This document shows positions 1 through 12,578 of a stretch of DNA of 64,000 nucleotides, piece after piece. The notes below the pieces were generated by a model. The model did not search any database, was not told where the DNA came from, and worked only from the letters and a program-made list of their open reading frames with translations. Both the position numbers and the translations under genes were made by a program. Each line of letters begins with the position of its first letter. Position 1 is the stretch's first letter. This DNA comes from Mustelus asterias (lineage: Eukaryota): contig NW_027590338.1 of assembly GCF_964213995.1 (NCBI RefSeq), positions 310,001 to 374,000 on the forward strand. The letters run 5' to 3'.

Positions 1-265
1 GAGTAAGAAATGTCGCTGGCCCACTCTTCTGCTGCAATGGATAACAGGCTGGACATGAAGTAGGAGCTATTGCCGTTCTCCGCCACCACCTCGGTGTTCT
101 TGTAGTTCCCAGGATTCACCAGCTTGCCATTGACGGTCCACTTGACGAAGATGTCTGGGGGGGAGAAACCTCTCACTAAGCAGCTGAGGTAAATGAATCT
201 CTGAGTGAAGGCTTCTTCTGCCGAGGGCAGGGGGATAAAGATGGATGGTTCCCGCGGATTTGGAT
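1..265 (-). pseudogene. IGHM: IgM Cmu4 exon of the minus-strand Cmu pseudogene (runs off the window edge)
   Basis: Acceptor ctgcag|atcc at 266/265. Reads [88 protein letters not shown], colinear with the + strand Cmu4 at 60869. Frame is open in the visible part. Confidence 0.93.
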
Positions 266-293
266 CTGCAGACAATGTATAATAAATGTCAAT

Positions 294-1020
294 TGTTAAG
301 GACCTGATATGAAATTCCAAGGTATTTTATGAAGTTAGCCTCGACCCTAACTTTGACATCTGATTTGGCATTAGGGTGAGTATAAGGTGTTTCAATCCAG
401 GTATGATTCAAGTGTCCCACTAGGAAGCTTTTGTCAAAACAAACATTATTTAACAACACAGTTCAAAAATAACCAAAAGAACTGGCATAAGTTTACCAAT
501 TAAAGTACTTAAATACGGCATCATGTAATTCTTAACAGCTAGTTAACAGATGCTTAAATGGGCACTAGATTTCCAGCCTTTTGACACTTCTGAAGAGTGA
601 TCCAGACAGACACCTGTCTGTTAATTCTCGTGCAGCAACTCCCAAACAGAAGAATCCCGGAGAAAAAGGCTTATTTCTTGGCGGATTTCAGTCTCCACTT
701 CAGACAGAGCAAGAGTTGCAGAGGAAGCAACCTCGACCTAAAGATCCCAAAAGCAAACTGCCTTGAGTTCTCTGTGAAATCTAGCTTCACTCAATCATAA
801 GATCTTACCTATCCATCAAGCTAATCAAGCCCCAGTTTGCAATATCCCAAGGGAAAACACAAAAGAACAGAATCTGCACTTGTTCAGACCAAAACAGACA
901 TTGCAGCAATTAAGATCAATTAGGCTGCTGCGTACAGACAGAGCAGTTCCGATCATAGAAAAACAAACTGCTACAAGAGATCCTGCGCAATCTATTTCAT
1001 AAAGATACAGTATCGTAACA
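294..1020. mobile_element. Solo LTR in the Cmu3-Cmu4 intron of the pseudogene
   Basis: Termini TGTTA...TAACA, with a 4-bp TSD CAAT at 290-293 and 1021-1024. The paralogous + strand intron (~60830-60868) shows the empty site. Confidence 0.85.
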
Positions 1021-1499
1021 CAATAAACTGGAAAATGCCGGATACAATGAAACCGCTGGTCAGATATGAGAGAAATGTGCTTTGTGTTGGATTTTAAAGG
1101 TTTCCATTTTTCATTTTGTGACCTGTCCAGTTTCCCAGCTCAGAACAGAGGTGAACAAAAATATTTTTCCTGAGCACTTAGCGGGTTGGTCTCGAAATAT
1201 TGATAAAGTTAACAATATCGATACAGGCCATTCAGTCCTGCTGGCCTGTGTTTGTGTTCAAGATTCACACTCGGTTCCTCCCACCTTATTCCATCTAAAA
1301 CCATCACCATGGCCGTCAATTCATTTTTCATTTTTCTATTTCTCATTCTCCCCTTAAAGTCTCCAGGCACAAAGTGCTTGGTTAGTGGAAATGCCAATCA
1401 GGATAAATCAGAAATACACTGAATAGTAAATATTGACCTTTGCATTTACACTCGAAATAGAAACAATGACTCACTAATCACTTCAACCTCTCCACCCAC

Positions 1500-1787
1500 C
1501 TGTTTTCTTGTGGATGGTATTTCTGAAAGGAGTCGGCAGATCCTGATGGCTCACCACGCAGTCAAACACAGCCCCACTCAGCCAGGCTTGTGTCGAGATG
1601 TTTAAGTTGCTGACCTCAGAATCTTCTCCAGACTGGTCGGCAATCTCTGATTTCAAATGCTTCTTCTCTTGGATCCAGGACACGTTGACTCCAGAAGGAG
1701 CATTAGAAATGACCCAGGCTAAGGTTGCGGTCGCCTTCAGTGGTGGTGGCAGTATCGTCACTGTGGATTCAAGGCACTGGGGAGGAT
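1500..1787 (-). pseudogene. IGHM: IgM Cmu3 exon (pseudogene)
   Basis: Acceptor cacag|atcc and donor acag|gtgg. Homologous to 60065-60373 but 21 nt shorter (in-frame 15- and 6-nt deletions); first canonical Cys changed to Trp. Confidence 0.92.
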
Positions 1788-2429
1788 CTGTGAATGAATA
1801 ATGAAAATCAACACAAGTTCCATCTTCAGCATCAGGACAGCAGTATTCAGCCTTCACTTTCTAAACAGAAATAAATCAACTTTAAGATATTAACCAACGA
1901 TACTGCCACCACCACTGAAGGCGACCGCAACCTTTGATACACAATGGAAAACCTGCTTGGTCTGTGAAAACTATTCTCATTGTTAAAGTAGTTCGGCACC
2001 GGTATCATTCTAATGAATCTGCATTGCAAATATACCATTTCTGATCTCAAGAAGGCAGTACTGACCGATGATTTATATATAATATGAAGACATTTTCCAA
2101 CATTTTACCCTGAAGTTATTACCTGTACAAGAGTGTCAGACGCCCACTGTCTCTCTCTCTCTCTCTAAATATTATCAACTGTCTGAGGATAAAGCTGATA
2201 CCAAGTCCACCTGTCCCACTTTTTGATATCAAACTAGAGGGAAATATCACTTGTTGTTATTTTAAAACCCTGAATGGTGACCAACTCTAAATATGGTTTT
2301 TACTTCAACATGAAACACAAACTATATGGCAGTTAAGCCAAATTTTTCTATGCTTGGTAATAATTTTAATTAATGCCTGATTTTGATTAACATCGGAGTG
2401 CAAAATGATATATTGTTTGTGTCTCATAC

Positions 2430-2735
2430 CCAGAGATCCGATGATTATTTGAATGTGGGTGAGCCCTTGATGAGTGACCTGGCAGGTATAGACCGCGTTG
2501 CTGAACCATTCCCCAGCGGAGACTGTCAGCCGACTGCTCGCTGAGAAGTTCCCGTTCACTTCCCAGGCGGGAGAGATGACAATTCCTGAATCCATGGGCT
2601 GTCCATTCTTCAGCCACTTCACCGTCATTGACTTTGGCTAGAAATCGATGATTGAACTGAGGATGGTTGCAAATTTCCTGCTTGTGATTTCTTCACTGGG
2701 ACTCACAGTGAGGATAACGATTGGCGGGATTTTCC
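2430..2735 (-). pseudogene. IGHM: IgM Cmu2 exon (pseudogene, premature stop)
   Basis: Homologous to 58843-59148. CAG->TAG stop at 2638-2640, canonical Cys->Ser, second Cys->Trp. Splice sites intact. Confidence 0.93.
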
Positions 2736-2799
2736 CTTCAAGAAATGCATGTTCAGCGTTCTTTTCATTAGTAAATTAATAGCAACAGTTCGAGTTCTT

Positions 2800-3820
2800 G
2801 TATCCTTAACAGGCTAGTTATGGACAACAGAATGATATCAATGGTTTGTTTGAGTGCAAAAAAAAGGTGACAAATGGAATTTAATCTGGAAAAATCCGAG
2901 TTGATATTTTTTGAGAGGGATAGCAAAGCAGAGGAGTGTTCAATAAACAGAAAGATAGAGAGGGATTGAGCAAGTGTGAGACTTTGCGTGCATGTCCACT
3001 GGTCAAAGGACATGAGAGGAACGGGGAGGATCAGGCTATTGAGTTGGATGTTCAGTGATGATCGCATTGAATGGCAGAGCTGGCTCAAAGGACCTTACAC
3101 CTGCTCAAAAATTCTTTATTTCTATGTTTCAATGTAGCACAGGAGGACAACATGGTCAAACGAATCATATTGAATGCTTTCATTCACTGGGCAAGTTATT
3201 GATGACAAAATCACGGGTATTTTGATAGAACTGTTTAAAATGCTGTTTAAGCCACAGTTTTGGCTTGTGCGCAGTTCTGGGGATCATATCGCAGGAAGGT
3301 CATAATTATTATGGAGAAATTCAGGATAGATTTACAAGAATGTTACTTGGGCTTGAAAATTGCAGATCTGATGAAAGTTCGGAGAGGCGAGGGTAATCTT
3401 CATTCTAACAGTGGATACTGATGGATGACCTAATTGAGGTGTACAAAATTATGAGGGACCTACACAGAGTGAACAGGAAATAATTCATTCCTCGAGTGGA
3501 GGGCTCAATTACTGGGGGTGGGGTAGGGGGTTAGATTTCCAACGATTGGTAGAAGGATTTGAGGGGACATGAGGAAACACATTTTCACCCAGATGATAGT
3601 GGACATCTGGAATTCACTTTCTAGGTTGGTGAATGAGGCTGAAATATGCAAATTATTAAAAGGTTCTTGTATCAATATGTAAAGTGTTATAACCGGCAAG
3701 GCCAATGACCTGGTGCTGGAAAATGGGATTGGAATGCACGGAGAGTTTACTTTTTGGCTGGTGAAAACACTATGGGCTGAACGGCCTCTATCTACACTGT
3801 AAATTGTCGATGATTCTGCT
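2800..3820 (+). mobile_element. Old degenerate CR1-type LINE fragments in the Cmu1-Cmu2 intron
   Basis: Decayed RT C-terminal motifs (caaatggaatttaatc, cagttctgg, gaggtgtacaaaattatgagg). Same position and relative orientation as 58020-58760. Confidence 0.7.
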
Positions 3821-3975
3821 GTTCAAATGCACTTTGATGTCAGTAGACAATAACCTCGAATTTGCAGGAACATAACTTTGCAGAGTCCCACAAATTTGTT
3901 ATAACCAAGACCCTATCAAACAACTTATAATTTAGGTTTAGCTGTTCTGTTTCTCACAGGTTCCACAATACTTAC

Positions 3976-4061
3976 ATTGCATTCCAATGCTCTTCACTAA
4001 GCCGAAGTGTCGAACCTCACAGTTGATTCTGCTGCATTCTCCCTCTGACTCGGTGATGGTT
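3976..4061 (-). pseudogene. IGHM: IgM Cmu1 exon, 3' part (split by a LINE)
   Basis: Reads TITESEGECSRINCEVRHFGLVKSIGMQ with donor caat|gtaag; matches 57805-57889. Confidence 0.9.
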
Positions 4062-5010
4062 TGTGATTTATATAAACGATCTGGAAGAAGGTGTAACTGG
4101 GGTGATCAGTAAGTTTGCAGACGACACGAAATTGGCTGGACTTGCAGATAGTGAGGAACATTGACAGAGGCTACAGATGGATATAGATAGGGTGGAAATT
4201 TGGGCAAAGAAATGGCAGATGAATGCGAAGTGATGCATTTTGGTAGAGCTAACGTAGGGGGAGCTATACGATAAATGACAGAACCATAAAGGGTTTAGAC
4301 ATGCAGAAGGACCTGGGTGTGCAAGTCCACAGATCCTTGAAGGTGACGTCACAGGTGGAGAAGGTGGTGAAGAAGGCATATGGCATGCTTGCCTTTCTAG
4401 GACGGGGCATAGAGTATAAAAGTTGGGGTCTGATGTTGCATATGTATAGAACGTTGGTTCGGCCGCATTTGGAATACTGCGCCCAGTTCTGGTCGCCACA
4501 CTACCAGAAGGACGTGGAGGCTTTGGAGAGAGTACAGAGGAGGTTTACCAGGATGTTGCCTGGTATGGAGGGGCTTAGTTATGAGGAGAGATTGGGTAAA
4601 CTGGGGTTGTTCTCACTGGAAAGACGGAGGATGAGGGAAGACCTAATAGAGGTGTATAAAATTATGAAAGGCATAGATAGGGTGAACGGTGGGAAGCTCT
4701 TTCCCAGGTCGGTGGTGACGTTCACGAGGGGTCATAGGTTCAAAGTGAGGGGGGTGGGGGGGAGGTTTAACACGGATATCAGAAGGACATATTTTACACA
4801 GAGGGTGGTGGGGGCCTCGAATGCTCTGCCAGGCACGGTGGTGGAGGCGGGCACACTGGGAACGTTTAAGACGTATCGAGATAGCCACATGAACGGAGTG
4901 GGAATGGAGGGATACCAAAGAATGGTCTAGTTTGGACCAGGGAGCGGCGCGGGCTTGGAAGGCCGAAGGGCCTGTTCCTGTACTGTATTGTTCTTTGTTC
5001 TTTGTTCTTT
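4062..5010 (+). mobile_element. 5'-truncated CR1 LINE inserted into the Cmu1 exon
   Basis: RT motifs (SKFADDTK, RPHLEYCAQFWSPH), (TTCTTTG)n tail, and GGTT duplicated at 4058-4061 and 5011-5014. Confidence 0.93.
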
Positions 5011-5224
5011 GGTTAACTGCTCAGGGTGGAGGTTCCCTTCGTGTTTCTCACTGACGGGTAAGTCTTAAATCCAGTGGTGATCGGCTGCCCATCTTTCTTC
5101 CAGATCAGTGTGGTGACGTCTGGGGAGTAGTCCATCGCCGAACAGCCGTAGGTGACGGAGCCGTCGGCGTTGTGTTGCCGACAGGAGGACACCAATATGT
5201 AGAGAGTGGACGGAGACGGTGCCG
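5011..5224 (-). pseudogene. IGHM: IgM Cmu1 exon, 5' part (4-nt deletion/frameshift, LINE-interrupted)
   Basis: Acceptor ttcccag|cggc. Reads [69 protein letters not shown]; agcagttaacc versus agcagccagttaacc in the intact copy. Confidence 0.93.
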
Positions 5225-6479
5225 CTGGGAAAGAATGGCCGATTGAACAAGTTAGACTCTGTTATTTGTGATCAAGATATCACACAACTCATAATGTGGA
5301 TACAGTTATAAAATTTATCCTTATATTTTCCAGTTAAAACTTGCATCCACATTTGATATTCTATAAATTCCATCATTTACGAACCAGCGCCTGTTTTGAA
5401 ATTCACACATTTTTCTCCTTCTCTACAACATTACAAAAATTGCATTCTGATGTCAACTGACATTGCTTTGGATTATAGTTGAAGAGAAGAGATTTTCCCC
5501 ATTATTTCCGCTACTATTTATTTCTCAACCAACAGCCATTTGTGATGAAGAAGTTGTCACTTCACTTAGATCATTGGAAGTTTGGAAATTGTCTGTGTTC
5601 AAACTGACTGATGCCCCTTCCTCACGCCACGTCACTCCCCCTCACTTCCCAAAACAAAGAATAGTGACTTTGCTTCAAAAACACCTTCGGTATAAAAAAG
5701 TATGAATGGTGTATGTCAGAGGGTTTGTGTGTGTGAGAGAGAGAGAACATGTGACAGCATGTATGAAAGTATGCGTGTGAGGGAGAGTATATATGTGAAA
5801 GGTGAAGTGTGTGAGAAAAATAATTTGTGCGCCAGAGACAGTGTGTGAGCAACATTGTGAGTGTGTGCGAGAGTGTTTGTGATTGTGTTTGTGAGTAAGG
5901 GAGCGTTTTAACAGAATTAAATACTTATTTGTTCATTTAATTTATCAAAATAAATTTAAGCCTCCTCGTTCTGAATTGTGCTCAAGTTCAGGTCACTCAC
6001 ATTCAATGGTTTTCTGATGCACAAAATGCTTCAACATAATTAATTTATTCAAATTAATATCTGCGCTGTTCAGAAAGATTCTTGTAATAAATTAACTTGC
6101 ATCATTTGATCCGATTAATGGAAGTTTTTTTTCATACGTTGATATCTCGATACGTTTTCATATATTCGTTGCTGATTCAGTTGACTTTGCGGGGCAAAGT
6201 CTCTCAGGTGTGACAAAGGACAAGTTACGATGTACAATGAAACTCACATTCCTCACCGGAAAAGCTTCTGTCTCCACATGCAGGGGTGGAATTCAACAGT
6301 AACCCATCTCTCCACTGCACTGAAAAAGTCCAGGTCAGTAACAGTACTGCTCCGATATAAAATAAATCTCCCTCTGCATTGTCCCATTACATATTCCCAG
6401 GAGAGGATTCAGTCCAGTTTAGGTATACATGCAGTAGCTATAAGCAATTCAGAGGCTGGGAATTCTGTGACAAATAATT

Positions 6480-7000
6480 GAACTCAGATCGCTCGAAGTC
6501 TTTTCATCTACAAGTCTACAAGTCTCAATAAGTAAAACTCAAGAAATTCGGCAATTTTCAGGACAAAGCAAACCGCAATATTGGCATCCCATCCACCACT
6601 TTAAACATCTACTTCCTCCACCACCGACGCACAGCAGTGCGTACCACATACAAGATGCACTGCAGCAATTCAGCAGTACTCCTTCGGCAGCACCTTCCAA
6701 TCCCGAAACCTCCATCACCTGGAAGGAAAAAGGCAGCAGATGCCTTGGAACACAACCACTTTCAAGCTCCCCTCCAAGCCACTCACCATCCAATGTATTT
6801 GGTCATACATTGGCTTTTTTTCATTGTCTCTGGGCCAACAGCCGGGAACTCCCTCCCTAATAGCGCCAGTGAGTATATCTACACCACATGGTTTGCAGCT
6901 ATACAAGGACTTTTCACATCAACAGTACATCATGGAATAATTAAGCACAGAAAACAAACATTGGCATAGCCAATGACTGTAAATTCCATGACGAGATTAA
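6480..7000 (+). mobile_element. Degenerate CR1/L2-group LINE 3' fragment
   Basis: Same family as the decayed fragments at 31300-33200, 36210-36950, 40360-41290 and 51330-51800 (taccacatacaagatgcactgcagcaa motif). Confidence 0.6.
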
Positions 7001-7814
7001 AAAATATAATGCAAACGAATTTCGCCCTGTACCCTACACAATTAACGAGGCAATTGAATGCTACAGCAAGGATTAGATTGGAGTAAACCTCTCATTGCAT
7101 TGCTTCATCGAACATTCAAAACCGAGAAATGACTGGTTAAAAAGTAACCAAGTTTGGCGGTTGTGTATTGTTCTTTCTGATGGTCATAATCTGGCTGAGG
7201 AGCCCAACTGAAAATGAGCAAAACTTTCACGTTCCTCACAGATACGTCAAAAACGTCAGTTAAATTTCACTCCCTGAAATACATGAGAGCGACCCAAAAG
7301 AGTTACAACCAGTCAGGAAGATTCCCGGCCCCAGCACAGTGACCACACGCACAGAAACAGAAGGCATGGCTGCAACAACCGAGTTCCCAGCAAATAGATC
7401 AGTTCAATCTGTTAATTTCATTCAAACTGTTTGATTCTGATTGATCAATGTTTAACTTACAACAGAATATCAATCGCGTCTTTTAAATTAGACTGAAATG
7501 CGTTTCAAAACTCTCTTCGACTTCGAACCATCTCTTACTTTCGGTCTCAAAGCTCGAAAACTGGGGAAAAGTGTAATTTCTCTGAATATGATCAGGTGAA
7601 TTACAACATATTCTGTGTAGTTTACTGTCTGCAATAGAGATTCAGCCACATGGTAAAAAGAAACAAATTAGGAATCATTGACATTGAAAACCAATGACCT
7701 GATTGATCTAATTTCCTAGTGAAATACAGGCAACAAAATAATCCGAGCATAACACCGTATCGAGCTGAGCACAGTAAGGAAATGCATTGTTTTCTGAATT
7801 CATTTTAGATACAA

Positions 7815-9010
7815 GTAAGAACGTAAGAATATAAGAACTACGAGCAGGAGAAGGCCGTCTGGCCCCTCGAGCCCGCTCCGCCATTAAATAAGATCATGGC
7901 TGACCTTTTCGTGGACTCAGCTCCACTTAACCGCCCGCTCACCATCACCCTTAATTCCCTTACTGTTCAAAAATATATCTATCCTTGCCTTAAAAAACAT
8001 TCAATGAGATATTCTCAACTGCTTCACTGGGCAGGGAATTCCACAGATTCACAACTCTTTCTGTGAAGAAGTTCCTCCTCAACTCAGTCCTTAATCTGCT
8101 CCTCCTTATTTTGAGGCCATGCCCCCTAGTTTTAGTGTCACACGCCAGTGGAAACAACTTCTCTGCTTCTATCTTATCTAATCCCTTCATAAGCTTATAT
8201 GTTTCTATAAGATCTCCCCTCATTCTTCTGAATTCCAATGAGTATAGCCCCAGTCTCCTCAATCTCTCCTCATACGCCAACCCTCCCAACTCTGAAATCA
8301 ACCTAGTGAATCTCCTCTGCACCCCCTCCAGTGCCAGTACACCCTTTCTCAAGTAAGGAGACCAAAACTGTACACAGTACTCCAGGTGTGGGCTCACCAG
8401 CACCCGATACAGCTGCAACATTACCTCGCTGTTTTTAAACTCCACCCCTCGAGCAATGAAGGACAAAATTCAATTTGCTGTCTTAATTACCTGCTGCACC
8501 TGCAAACCAATTTTTTGTGATTCATGCACAAGGACACCCTTTGCATAGCCGCATGCTGCAATTTTTTACCATTTAAATCATAGTCCATTTTGCTATTATT
8601 CCTACCAAAATGGATGGCCTCACATTTACCAGCATTGTACTCCATCTGCCGACCCTCGCCCGCTCACTTAGATTATCGGTATCCCTTCGCAGACTCTCAG
8701 CGTCCTCTGCACACATTGATCTGTCACTCATCTTAGTGTCATCTCCGAATTTTGACACACTACACTTGGTCCCCAACTCCAAATCATCTAAGTAAATCAT
8801 AAACAATTGCGTTCCCAATACTGATCCCTGAGGCACAGCAGTAGTCACTGATCGCCAACCAGAAAAACACCCATTTCCGCCCACTCTTTGCCTTTTGTTC
8901 GTTAACCAATCCTCTATCCATGCCACTACATTACCCGTAATACCGTGCACCTTAATCTTATGCAGCAGTCTTCGGTGCGGCACCTTGTCAAATGCCTTTT
9001 GAAAATCCAT
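7815..9010 (-). mobile_element. 5'-truncated CR1 LINE, frameshifted RT
   Basis: ORFs 8573-9010 (DFQKAFDKVPH, VPQGSVLG, KFGDDTK) and 7990-8466; taagaac tail at the left end. Confidence 0.92.
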
Positions 9011-9443
9011 TGTATAAAATCTTTAACATTTTGCACGCCAGTGTACAGCTCTGTTGCAGAAGGTAATTTATGTTGAACTAGTTACCACAAATATTATATT
9101 GCAAGTGATTGCTAATTATCTGTTAGTTCTCCTGTTGACTGATTTGTACACTATAATCAAATAGTTTTGAATAACTTAAAACTTATTTCTTCATGGAACT
9201 TTGTTAATTAATTGGGGCTTAATTAAACTTTAAAGAATGTTAAAAATGAACTTTGGATGGGAATATCCAGAAATGCATGGTACTTTTCCTTCAATTTACT
9301 CACATTTCAATATTTGAATTTTACTTTTACTTCAACTTCCCTATTTTAATCTCAACGTAACATTGATGAAACTTAACTTCCATCCATTCTCGGAATACAA
9401 TATATTAAATATGTTCAACTGAACTGACATCGCATTAACTGTC

Positions 9444-9765
9444 ATAGAACCATAAGGTCCCTCCAATGCAGAAGGAAGCCAGTCGACCCATCGAGCCTGC
9501 ATCGACAACAATCCTACCCAGGTCCTATTCCTGTAACACCACATTTACCCTGCTTTTCCCTCTGACACGAAGGGTCAATTTAGCATGGCCAATCAACCTA
9601 AACCGCACATCTTTGCACCGTGGGAGGAAACGGAAGCACCTTGAGGAAACACACACAGACACGGGGAGATGTGCAACTTCCACACAAACATTGAACCGAC
9701 GCCAAGATCGAGCCTGGGTAGTGTGAGGCAGCTGTGCTAACAACTGTGCCACCGTGCCACCCGTC
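9444..9765 (-). mobile_element. tRNA-derived SINE (HE1-like)
   Basis: Head ggtggcacggtggcacagttgttagcacagctgcctcac and a CR1-derived tail; same family as 30473-30828. Confidence 0.8.
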
Positions 9766-12077
9766 AATGCCTTGTAACATCATGTGCTAAAGCGAGACTC
9801 TCGAATTTATATTTGGTAACGGCACTGCGGCCTAAGACCAAAAACATTGCTTCCTCGATTTAATAATTAAGACCATCCCTGTAACTTAGTTATCGAACAT
9901 TGCGCTTAAATAAAGAATATCCGAATTTAACAGTGCAAATTAGGACGAGGACAATATATTCAATTCCTCTGCAACACTGTGACATGATGAACTAAATAAA
10001 TCGAGATTTTATTTAATAAGAATTAAGCATGGGGCTCAGGTATAATCACGCCTTCTATTTTATTATTCCACGTATAATTCTGCCCCGTGTGCAGCAGTTA
10101 TGGGGGAAGGGTTTTATTATTCAGTGCAATACAATGGTATTTTTAATTAAAATATTTGAATTTCAATTATTTACATGTCAACCACAAACCGTGTGCTGCT
10201 GGCAACTTCCTACAATTCAAATGAATTCATATGAACAATTCCTTCACAGTCTGCGACTTCCACCTCTCAGAAAACTGATTAAAATAAGAGAAATGATGAC
10301 TATCTTGTTATCCAACTACAAATGGCATTGCAGGAATTCTATGGTTGTGGCTGTGCAGAAATAATATAATAACCGGATCCACAAATTGTCAAACAGCAAT
10401 GCAAAACGTATATTTAAGTCAATTAATTCAAAATATCTTTCGAAACTGAACACGACTGTAGAACCAACATGCTATTATTAAAATAGTTTCAAAGAATCAT
10501 AGAATCCTACAGTGCAGAAGGAGGCCATTCGGCCCATCGAAACTGCACCGACATCAACCCCAGCTGGTTCCCCTGACACTAAGGGGCAATTTAGCATGGC
10601 CAATCCACCTAACACAATTAATCAGAAAGCATTTCCATTCCAGATACTTTGCGGTTACGTTAAGTGCACAACAGTCCATAATTGTGAAAAACGATTGATG
10701 ATTAATAAAATTAATATAAAATAATATTTGACTAATTTCGAGTGATATTTGCTGTTATAATTATTAAAATTATATCAATTTTAACTATCCAATTTGCAAC
10801 TTGATAAATAATTAGTTTGTGATTGCAGCAACCAATTATGTTCTGAATTAAATCATAATTTCGTTTAATCTCTAATTATCACTTGAATGTCTTTTTTTAA
10901 CGTCCCGTAAATTTTTATTATTTCTTAATTTCCGAAACCTGCCTGTTTTCGACCTTCAATCGTGCTTCAAAGTGTCTCAAATGCATAGACTATTTCCATT
11001 CAACCAGAAAACGTGTACGCTGTCAGTGTCACTGAGTCAAAACAATGTAGAAATGACCAACTTTTTCAGAAATGCTACTTCTTCAAAGTCACCCAGACAC
11101 ACCATCTCCTCGGCAGAAAAAAAACACCAAAACACATCACTGAAGGACTGAATCCAGTTTCATGGAGAAGCAGGTCAACTCTACATCGAACGGATTCAAA
11201 TATAGCATTGCAGGACATTTCTAATATCGAATCCAGAAAACCCACAAGCCGAGTATGAACTATTGAAGCAAATATGAGCCTCGAATAATGGCAATAACAT
11301 TGGGAGTAGGTGGAATGTGTCCAAGAAATTAATATTGAACCTTCGCTGGATTTCATTCATACTAGGTTATATTTCAAAGGTATTTCAAATATATTTAAAA
11401 AAAACAGCAGATGGTAAAACCTGCGGCCATCGCGGTTCAGCATTTCAGAAACGCCAAACTGTGGCTGCAAGAGCGAACTATGGTCTGAACTAGCGTCGTA
11501 AACCGTGAATTAGTTTATTCTGCAATTATCATATATTTATATATATTTAGCTGCACTGGCAGACTGTCTGGCTTCTGCCGACAATCATGCCCAAGTAGTT
11601 TTAAGCGGGTAGACTGAATTCAAGCACAATACGTGTACCTGTTCAATGGCACCGAGTTTAAACAATGCAGAAGCAATGCAGAAGCGCCAAACCGTCTCAC
11701 AAATCCTACTTAAAAGTCACCAGAAGCACAATCTGCTCAGCAGAAAAAAACACCAAATCATATCACTGAGGAAATGAAACAATTTTCATGAAGAAATTTC
11801 GCAATACTACAGACAAATTAAACAGAATCAAAGAGGAAACATTGCAACAAAGTCTGATTCCGAATCCATCAAATTCTCCTGTTCAGCGAGTGTATGAATA
11901 GCTTAACTAATCGGAAACATGAAATAATAGCGTCAGCATTGTGAGTAAGAAGAGGACGATCAACAAATGAACATTGAAACTCCAGCACACTTTGATAATC
12001 TTGGGTTATATTTCAAATACTTGTGCTGCAGGTTGTACCATCTGCAGCCATCAGATGCCATCAAGATTAAACTTCGT

Positions 12078-12290
12078 AACAGCGGGAGGGCGGGGGGGAG
12101 GGGACAGCGGGGGGGAGGGGGAAATAGCCGGGGGGGGGGCGGAAACAGCGAGGGGGGGGACAGCGGGGGGGGGGGGCGGAAACAGCGAGGGGGGGTGGGG
12201 ACAGCGCGGGGGGGGGGGGTGGAAACAGTGGGGGGGGGGGGGGGAAGAGCGGGGGAGGGAAAACAGCGGGGGGCGGGGAAACAGCGTGGG
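12078..12290 (+). repeat. G-run minisatellite, approx. (G)n-AAACAGC; G-quadruplex-prone
   Basis: Many runs of 4-12 G separated by (a/g)acagc-like spacers. Confidence 0.9.
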
Positions 12291-12506
12291 AATGATGCAT
12301 TAATGATTTAGCAGAAATCATTGCTTCCTTAGATATTTGCCAGACGAACGCTTTCCAATTTTGAAGTTCAAGTTAAGTTGAGCAATCAGGTTGAAAGTAA
12401 CGGTTTTCTTCTTGAATTCAGTGACACGGGCTCTCAGTCTCACCATTGTAACACAGCGCAGTTGAACACTGCAGACAGGCCGATTGGCTGCCGTGTGCTG
12501 TCAGCT

Positions 12507-12578
12507 ATGTCTGCAGTGTAGTATGATCACGTTAGCCTCACACACGAAAAGTTCCCGTTTTAAAATCAGGCAGGAATG
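12507..12578 (+). pseudogene. tRNA-Val(CAC) pseudogene
   Basis: Aligns to vertebrate tRNA-Val; loop ct-CAC-ac; T-loop/B-box and stems degraded. Confidence 0.75.

Larger units (their letters stand above)
5225..12075 (-). other. Remnant J-Cmu intron of the pseudogene (no J, D or V upstream)
   Basis: Blocks colinear with the + strand intron: ~7140-7810 vs 50480-51200, 9040-9400 vs 50150-50480, 9790-10490 vs 49430-50150, 10600-12075 vs 47950-49400. Confidence 0.8.

Noticed and set aside
581-800. Short ORFs in the Cmu3-Cmu4 intron
   Set aside because: They lie within the solo LTR and show no coding signature.
12078-12290. Repeated ACAGCG/ACAGTG resembling RSS heptamers at the breakpoint
   Set aside because: None begins with CAC and there are no nonamers.
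11967-12321. Gly-rich and Pro-rich ORFs
   Set aside because: Translations of the G-run minisatellite.
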